A stretch of 43,937 bases of DNA. Source: Octopus bimaculoides. Taxonomy: Eukaryota. A program made the translations under genes and the position numbers. Positions 35,419 through 43,937 of the stretch are shown here, in pieces. The notes beneath the pieces were generated by a model. That model was not told where the DNA came from. It ran no database searches and saw only the letters and a program-made list of their open reading frames with translations. Location of the stretch: contig NC_068989.1 in NCBI RefSeq assembly GCF_001194135.2, positions 82,786,536 to 82,830,472 on the forward strand, in the 5' to 3' direction. Numbering within the stretch: position 1 is the stretch's first letter; each line of letters begins with the position of its first letter.

Positions 35419-37617
35419 TACTTGGTAGAAATAATGGCCAAATTCTCGTCCTGTCCGTCATATCACCCAACGAAGGAAACATTTGCGTCGAAGTTAGACT
35501 TGTTACAAATAGCAGACAAGCTTTCTGAAACGACGCTCTTCTGTGTTCTGTATGTAAATGTAACGTAATGTATCTATGTACGAGCCTTTACGTGATGCAA
35601 TCGATCTGTTAGAAGTAGCAGCCAAATCTCCCTCAAATCAATCTTATGTGTGTATCAACTAACGTGTGAGACCTCTGATAAGTAGACCTGCTAGAAATAG
35701 TAGCCAAATCTTTTTCCTTTCACCCTAGCGTCTGAGAACGGTGAGGAAAGAATCAATAATATCTTAGTCATTCTATTCAAATAAGACAGGGTGGTTATAA
35801 CTAGAATGTCTGGCTTGTAGGATTACTCAATGTGGAGACCAAGCTGGGGTTTTAGACAATAATGATTGAAGCACACTGAAAATGAAGTGAGGTCGACAGT
35901 AGGGAAAGTAAACTGAACTGAGAATGATTGGTGAACACTGGAAATGTTGATACATTAAACTATCTGGTCATAGTAGACCAGTAAGATGTTTGCTTTTAGG
36001 TTTTACTTTTTTATTCATTACCATTTGCTGTTAACCCTGTCACGCCGCATTCCTGTTATAGCGGGAATAGGCTAAACGTCATCTCTGCCGGAATCCCGGT
36101 AAAGCGGTAATAAGAAACAAACGTAGAAAAAGGAGATGCGGCCGAATATGTGGTAAGAAGCTTGCTTCTCAACCATGTGGTTTTGCGTTACTCTTGAGCT
36201 GTATATGCAACTATTGGCTCCCTTGCTCGGGAGCCCAAGTGTTAGACGCAGGGGCTCAGGTTTGAGAGGGTTAATTATGCGAATACATATCGATCGCAGT
36301 AGTTCTTGACTCCAGAAGTTGATCTTAGCGGTATTTGAATTCAGAATCCAAAAGGACATCAAGAAATACAGTAAAGCACGTTTGTTCGACGCACTGTAGA
36401 ATGATTCAACCAATCTATTTATTGCTAGAGTGAATTTGCAAAAGAAAAAAATATAGAAAACAAGAATTCTGAATAATTATTTGTTTGTGCATTTCAACAC
36501 ACATTTATACATATGCATTTACTTATACAGTCACACGTAATTGTGTGTGTGTGTGTTTTTGTGTTTAAATATTTTATCTAATCTTCCAATTCTCATTTTC
36601 CCATCTGAAAGAACCAATTAAAAACATAGATAAAAACGCAAGCAAATAAACAAACATTAGTCATTTTCTTTTAAAGGAAAATTGGAGAAACTGAAAGCTG
36701 GAGGTGTCTGACGGGGAAAGCTAGTGTACAAAAACAAATAACGGTGTAAGCAAGAGAGTAAAACATCAATATAAAACACACGAGAGATAGTGAGATGTAG
36801 GAAAAGAGGAGAGTCGGGTGTGTGTGTGTATGGGGGGGGGGGTAACGATAATGAAACATTAATAAAAACAACACCACCAAAAGAGATAAATGAAAAAAAA
36901 AAAAACCCAGCAAAAGACAATATATGAAGTGAAAATTTTTGCGTATGTATTTTTCGTTTTTGTCTTCAAAGGAAGAGAAATTTCACACCTAAAGATGTTT
37001 TGCAGGAATTATTTCAGATGTAATTATATTTACCATCGAGGGGCTGTTGTTTTATCATTATTCATATTGTTGTTGTTTTGCTATCTGGCTGTCGTTGTTA
37101 TTTGTATTTTTTTTTTTTTGAAAAGTATTCGTTTATTGTTTGAAAGAGAAATGGGGAAAAGACAAAATATTATAAGTGTACGAAACACACACACATATAT
37201 ACACCGTCTCGTTTGTATACGTATATATACGCATGGTAACATGTATACACGCATTCTATATACACCCTCTTTCTATAAAATTTAATGTTCTTGTTCTTGT
37301 TTAGCTTCGATGTTAACCATGATCGAACAGGCGTTTCAGCAAAAGATATTTTAGCCATGACCATCTCGATCGATTTTCTATTTTTCAATCATAGTGCGTC
37401 TTATTATTTTTTGTTTTTAAACGGAAAGTTGTGTGACACAAAGAAGTTTTGGCTGCTATTTCTGGTAGCTAGAGCATTCATGTAGAAGTTTCTCCAGTGT
37501 AGGAGAGCTGCTGAAATTACTAAGGGTTCGATCTGGTTTGATTGACTGAATGCATAAATTCTTTATACATAAACAGGCACGCTCACACACATACACACAC
37601 ACAAAAACCTTATACAT

Positions 37618-37726
<109 letters not shown>

Positions 37727-37899
37727 CCTTACACACCAGCATACATCATACGCCCCCACACACATACAAACAAACACACATGCACACACCCACATGCATT
37801 ATTTGTAAATACTCGCACATTCAATTATTTTAGGGGTGGGGGAGAAAGAGCATGGGAATAATAAGAGAAAAAATATGGATAGGAAAACGTACACACACG

Positions 37900-37931
<32 letters not shown>

Positions 37932-39752
37932 ACGTGTATGTAATGCACTATGAACACGCACACAGATAACTTACTAACGTGTTTGTCTTATATTACTAAA
38001 AATTTACATTAAGCAAACATAAGTGATATATATATATATAATGTGTGTGTATACATATATATATGTATATATATGTATATGTATGACTACCTCCCCACCA
38101 GCACACACGCATGTGTGCCTCCCCGTGTTTACACATCAAAGAAAGAGAAAACTTAAGTTGAAAGTTTTTATTTTCCAATTTTTTGGCTCATTTCATAAAA
38201 CTGATGAAAGTTTCCAGGCTCAGAGGCTGGGGTGGATGATGTGTGAGAGGGGTGGGAGGAGGAAGAGAGCAGACAGAGTGGGGGGTTAGTTGAAGAGAGA
38301 GAGAGAGAGGGAGGGGAGGTTGAAGGGTGTAGGTGAGGGTTATACGATGACAAAGCTGGCGATGATGATGGTGATGATGTCAGCTAAACGTTATGAAGTC
38401 GCCAGTGCTACTGCTGATTCTAATGCCCACCACCACACACATATACACACTCTCACACGCCTGCACACATACACACACACGAGAGAGAGTTGTAAGCGTA
38501 AGAGGGAGAGAATGTGGATGCGTGAACGAGCGCGTTTTATAGGGATGCGCTTTTACGAAAACATTGGTTAAAAATATTGCTGGTTGTGTGAACTTATAAA
38601 CGGCTGATTACTGTAGGAAGACAGGATGACATACGTCTGTCTACTACTTTTTAAACCAATTTTACGTGGGATCACTAACATATATAGCCTCAGATTCTTA
38701 TATAATAGAGGAGATACCTACGACCTGTTAGAAATAGCTACCAAATGTCTAAAAGTGCAAACTACTCTCTCTTCTAAGAAGGACTTATTGGCCAATGGAA
38801 TTTGTAAATCTACACGATGAGTTGATGGTGGAAATATCTCATGCTGGGTTTTTAATTTTTCAAACATTGCTGATCTCTGACTGAATAACAACAGCGCTTG
38901 TAAAACCATATATAGCTTTAGAAACACATCCAGGACATTGCACTACTGGTGTGTCGCGGTACTGACTATAAACCTTTGACTGCGTAATTAACTTTCACGG
39001 TCATTCCCGTAATGATGTTAGTTAACTCATTACCTCCCATAATTCTATTAACTGGAATTTTTTTTTATGAAACTGTGATTTCTAGCATAAAACAGCCTTA
39101 GAAACACGCTGGAATGATCAAAATAACATTTTAAATAGAAATAAGCGAGATATTGGGTGAAAAATTAGCAAACCTCATTTGAATATCAGAGAAATATACC
39201 TAGTAGATATAGCAAAAAGGTTAGATATGTGTAAATATTGACAGATAATTACGAAACTTGTAATTTTTAAGTGATCTCATATGAGATCACTGGTAGGTAA
39301 TGGGTTAACCAACAAAAAGTAGAGTTGGTATTTTTTGCTTCTGCAATGCTTTATCAGTATCTCCTGTAGGTAAGGTTTCTATATCCNNNNNNNNNNNNNN
39401 NNNNNNNNNNNNNNNNNNNNNNNNNNNNNNNNNNNNNNNNNNNNNNNNNNNNNNNNNNNNNNNNNNNNNNNNNNNNNNNNNNNNNNNNNNNNNNNNNNNN
39501 NNNNNNNNNNNNNNNNNNNNNNNNNNNNNNNNNNNNNNNNNNNNNNNNNNNNNNNNNNNNNNNNNNNNNNNNNNNNNNNNNNNNNNNNNNNNNNNNNNNN
39601 NNNNNNNNNNNNNNNNNNNNNNNNNNNNNNNNNNNNNNNNNNNNNNNNNNNNNNNNNNNNNNNNNNNNNNNNNNNNNNNNNNNNNNNNNNNNNNNNNNNN
39701 NNNNNNNNNNNNNNNNNNNNNNNNNNNNNNNNNNNNNNNNNNNNNNNNNNNN

Positions 39753-39798
<46 letters not shown>

Positions 39799-39879
39799 AT
39801 GGTGAAAAACGAGGGAAAAGAAGCCTGATACTTATAAAACAATTTATACAAAATGATTACAAGCAAACGAGTTAGGTGT

Positions 39880-40279
39880 TTTCTTTTAGCCTTGTACCTA
39901 CTTCAGTCATTTGACTGCGGCCATGCTGGAGCACCGCCTTAAAGGGTTTTCGTCGAAAAATTCGAACCTGGGGCTTATTCTTTGTAAGCTTAGTACTTAT
40001 TCTATCGATCGACTTTTTTGCCGAGTTGCTAAGTAACGGGGACATAAACACACCAGTATCGGTTGTCAAGCGATGTTGGGGGGACACACACAGACACACA
40101 AACATATACATACACATATACGACGGACTTCTTTCAGTTTCCGTCTACCAAATCCACTCACAAGGCTTTGGTTGGCCCGTGATTATAATAGAAGACACTT
40201 GCACAAGGTACCACGCAGTGGGACTGAACTCGGAACCATGTGGTTGGGAAGCAAGCTTCTTACCACACAGCCATGCCTG
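39880..40279 (-). mobile_element. SINE family A, full length
   Basis: All modules are present in reverse complement. Confidence 0.93.
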
Positions 40280-40295
40280 TGTCTCTATGTATGTA

Positions 40296-40354
40296 CAGGG
40301 TGTTCAAAAAGTCTCTCCGAACATTAACCGCGGAGAGACTTTTTGAACAGCCTG
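40296..40354. mobile_element. 59-bp Tc1/mariner-type mini-MITE with TA duplication
   Basis: TA|cagggtgttcaaaaagtctctccg-11 nt-cggagagactttttgaacagcctg|TA; 24-bp TIRs with 1 mismatch. Confidence 0.8.
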
Positions 40355-40919
40355 TATAATAAATAGAGAGACTTGGCAAAACACGTTGTACGACATGAAA
40401 AAACATTCTTCGTATAAAATATAAACAAAGATAGCAGCGACAAAGCAGTAGGAACTGCCACCTAGTGAGTAGCGAGGTAGTTAAGACAGCGACCACCTTT
40501 CACTCTCATATCCAACATCCATGTAGATTTCAAGCAGCAGTGTCGCAAAGTTATGCCTAATCTTTTACTCAATTATGAATGAAGGCAACGCTTCTTTTTT
40601 CCCCCGCCTCTCACCTTCCGTTTCTTGTGATATTTGAAGCTGAAGAGGATTTCATTGTCGCAGATATAACGAGTCTTGTTCTAAACGTTTTGAAATCTCT
40701 CCACCGTACGGCAACCTCTTTCAGCAGACAGACCGACTTCTCGTTAGTCGCCACGAATGTTATCTGAGAAATTCTTAATATAGAACGTATATCTATCCAC
40801 GGTGGTGTTGTTAATGAAAAACAATTCATGTTTCATGGCTGTGTTTGACAGCGTTCTGAAGAAATACTTCAACCATCCCCACGATCTCAATACCTGTTTT
40901 AGTATTCAGTCTATAGGAA

Positions 40920-41258
40920 GGCAGCGAGCTGGCAGTTTGCCTTTCATCCTTTCGGGGTCGATAAATTAAGTACCAGTTACGCACCGGAGTCGATGTAATC
41001 GACTTAATCCCTTTGTCTGTCCCTGTTTAGCCCCTTGTGGGCAACAAAGAAATAAGAAACGTTAGCACGCCGGGCAAAATGCTTAGCGGTATTTCGTCTG
41101 TCTTTATGTTCTGAGTTCAAATTCCGCTGAGGTCGACTTTGCCTTTCATTCTTTCAGAATCGATAAATTAAATACCAGTTGTGTACTGAGGTCAATCTAA
41201 TCGACAGGTACCCTCCCCCAAAATTTCGGGCCTTGTGCCTAGAGTAGAAAAGAGTATT
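40920..41258 (+). mobile_element. SINE family B interrupted by a 5'-truncated related SINE (40936-41056)
   Basis: Host gcagcgagctggcag resumes as aaacgttagcacgccggg after a 121-bp insert that has a different tail (gtttagccccttgtgggcaacaaagaaataag). Confidence 0.88.
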
Positions 41259-41343
41259 TATTTGGTCTATAGGGTGGGAAAACGGTAAATTTTTATCACT
41301 CTCCCCCAATACGTGACTGGTACTTTATTTTATCGAGTGTGGA

Positions 41344-42152
41344 ATGGACACAAGACCACTACATCACATCACATCACACTTCGAAGGCTATGTGTTTGCA
41401 ATGCAGGAACAGGAAATTGCCCCAAAGTACTTGGTGAACGAGAGAGACAGTGACACTCTTGTAATCCCAAGGTGCAACCGCATGTGTAGGCTATGTCATG
41501 TTTCTGTGGAAGACATTACGCATGTGATTAGCAGCTGTCCTAAAATGTCGTCACGGTACTACCCCCCTATGCAGCACGATGCTGTTGCTAAAACAATTTA
41601 CAATGCCATCTGCAAAAAAAGACTTAGAAAATCCCTCTGTTATGGAATACGTTCATAAACACCATCTCAAGGAATATTCCCACCAAAACTTATGTCAAAT
41701 ATAAGCATAACAGGCTGGATGTTGTTGTTTGGGACTGAGGGGCAAAGGTATGTACCATCATCGAGGTTAGCTACCCTGCAGATATAAATGTCTCTTTGAA
41801 AATCAAAGAAAAAGAGGATATCTATGGGAAACTGCTTCGAAACCTCCAGCTTCTATATCCAGACCATGAATACATATTCATACCAATAATAATTGGAGCA
41901 CTAGGTTTTGTTAGTAAATGCTTAAAGGAGAATCTGGATAAACTGGGATTTTCAGAAAGAGAAAATGAACGGCTAATTCGTACATTACAAGTGCAATCTG
42001 TGAGTGGAAGAGTAAAAATATGCAAGACTTTTCTCAAGTTCCAAACGTGAATTTGTCTGTGTTAACTACAATCAAAGATGGAGCCTTGTCTCTTTGATGG
42101 AAACCGCTCCCTCTTCAGTGGAAGGTTTATAATAATTCAAAAAATAGAAGAG
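41344..42152 (+). mobile_element. 5'-truncated, degraded RLE-type non-LTR retrotransposon (R4/Dong- or NeSL-like C-terminus) with 3' UTR
   Basis: CCHC knuckle CRLCHVSVEDITHVISSC, QHD (RHD-like), HNRLDVVVWD*GAKVCTIIEVSYPAD (PD-D/E nuclease region), KEKEDIY and IPIIIGALG. One frameshift/deletion and an internal TGA. Stop at 42050; (CATA)n follows the UTR. Confidence 0.9.
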
Positions 42153-42350
42153 ACATACATACATACATACATACATACATACATGAATACAAGCGACTTG
42201 ATTACATGTCGTAGAGTTCATTTATTTACTTGTATCAGGGTGAAAACCTCATCCCGTCGCTACTCTGAGTTGTTCATTTAGCAATTTTTTTACAAAGCCG
42301 ACTGACTCATGGGTGTTGGTGTGTTCGTTGGTAATAGGAGTGGGACTTTC

Positions 42351-42396
<46 letters not shown>

Positions 42397-42509
42397 AGCG
42401 CTGTCACACACACAGCAGGGGGTAAAGCTAATATATGAAATACTCTCACAAACGCAAATTCCTCTCACCCCTCACCTACTTGGTGATGGTGGTTGGGATA
42501 GTAGTAGTG

Positions 42510-42543
<34 letters not shown>

Positions 42544-43937
42544 GTGATGGTGGTGGTGTATTATAAATGTGTTGTTCGGTCACTGACTTGAGACATTCAC
42601 TGGTGGACATTCACTCGCGTACACACCTACACACCTTAAAAGACACCCATGAACGCACACATATTGCGACACACACACACACACACACACACGTTAGAGA
42701 TAGCCATTTTGGTCAAACTATCGTATCTCCATCTGCTTCAGATGCCAAGATATCAAAATTGCCAAAGTGTAGTACAACGGTTTTGCTATGGAATGGTAAA
42801 ACTATTTCTTCGTTTTCTGGAAAAGCAACGTTTTGGACTTACAACACTTTTGCATAATAGCAACGCTATATAATCCATATAAACAAGACAAAGAGATACT
42901 GTGGATGGCCAAGGTATCTTAACTTGCCTTGTCTTGCTCTCTGCACTTTAGAACTCGTTGCTGTAGCTGTCAACTCTTTGGTTGAGCTATTGATGCTTCT
43001 TTCGGGATCTGGTTTTTACATGCATAAGTAGGCAATCCCAAATATGCTAATTAATTCGGTACTTTTTGGTTATCTCAACCCCATTAAAAAATTGGATGAA
43101 AGCCATCTACAAGACAACCGAGTGATCTACAACAAGAACGCAAACAAAACTTACATCAACAGTGATGTGCGTGATTGTAAAAGCGAGTTCAATTCTTAGT
43201 AAGGGACCACAATACAAAATTGCCATTGCATTCAGTGACCTAACATCATTAAAATCTTGACAACAATAATAATGGTTTGTAAATTCTAAATGATATTTTA
43301 TTTATTTTATTTATGATACTAATAACATTAATGATGATAATAATAAGGGAGCCGCCAGAGGATACAATACAAAGGGAGCCGCCAGAGGATAGCTAGGATA
43401 TGGGTGGCGGTGACGGTGACGGAGACTTAAGTAAATAGCAAACCTGTTTTACTGTAGACACACATACTAACCTCTTTCTCTAGTCACTCTCCCCCCCCAT
43501 ATCTTTCCTTATCTCCCCTTTTTGAGCTCTTTAACATAAATCGCTCTCTCTCTCTCTCTCTCTAATATCTTCCTTTCTCTCTCCTATTACTTCCCTCGCG
43601 CCTTCGCCGTCGTCACACAACTGCTCTCTTTTGTCACAAACTCCGTTCTTTTCTTTCTTTAAACGACGACTTCTATCGCACACACACACGCACACACGGA
43701 GGAAGAGAAATGAAGTCGACAGTTTTCAGGTGAGGTGGGTGAGGTGGGTGAGGTGGGTGACCCAGCAGCAGCAGCGTGCGGCGTGTTTAATGTGAAGAGG
43801 TCAATTCTGCTTTGCTTGAGGTCAAATATCAAATCCGATTATGACGGTTGTGTCAATTTTTGTTTTAATTTTAACAACGTTGGGTCAAACCAGCTGGGGC
43901 CTCCACCAACATCCTCCATAACTGTCCCCGCTGCACC

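Noticed and set aside
37285-37485. Acceptor-like site with a 66-aa ORF
   Set aside because: Overlaps a minus-strand copy of repeat family D.
40611-40829. ORF with RWRDFK, recalling CACTA-associated proteins
   Set aside because: A short motif only, with no other transposon features; cannot be supported.
42952-43027. 76-nt exon-like segment (LVAVAVNSLVELLMLLSGSGFYMH)
   Set aside because: Good acceptor but weak donor, and the opposite strand is equally open. Too ambiguous to call.

Overview
Eukaryotic, AT-rich and extremely microsatellite-dense sequence, with 18 N-gaps (roughly 6.5 kb, about 15%). Most gaps abut (TA)n/(CA)n tracts. The SINE repertoire and repeat density look like a coleoid cephalopod, probably Octopus (inference from memory of octopus repeats, not checked by search). 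No complete, confidently nameable gene is visible, and nearly all listed ORFs are microsatellite or gap artefacts. Solid content: several tRNA-derived SINE families in many copies, a degraded C-terminus of a restriction-like-endonuclease (RLE) non-LTR retrotransposon, an internally deleted mariner, a TA-flanked Tc1/mariner mini-MITE, and simple or compound repeats. About eight isolated exon-like segments on both strands cannot be joined into one gene model. The most unusual observations are: (1) a telomeric (CCCTAA)n cassette enclosed by 29-bp inverted repeats and capped by a GC hairpin, a possible rolling-circle-type element; (2) several fold-back palindromes, two with clear template-switch architecture; and (3) retroelements sitting in (TAA)n/(CATA)n microsatellites, which hints at a microsatellite-associated LINE/SINE system. 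I found no evidence strong enough to claim a new biological system; the findings are testable leads.
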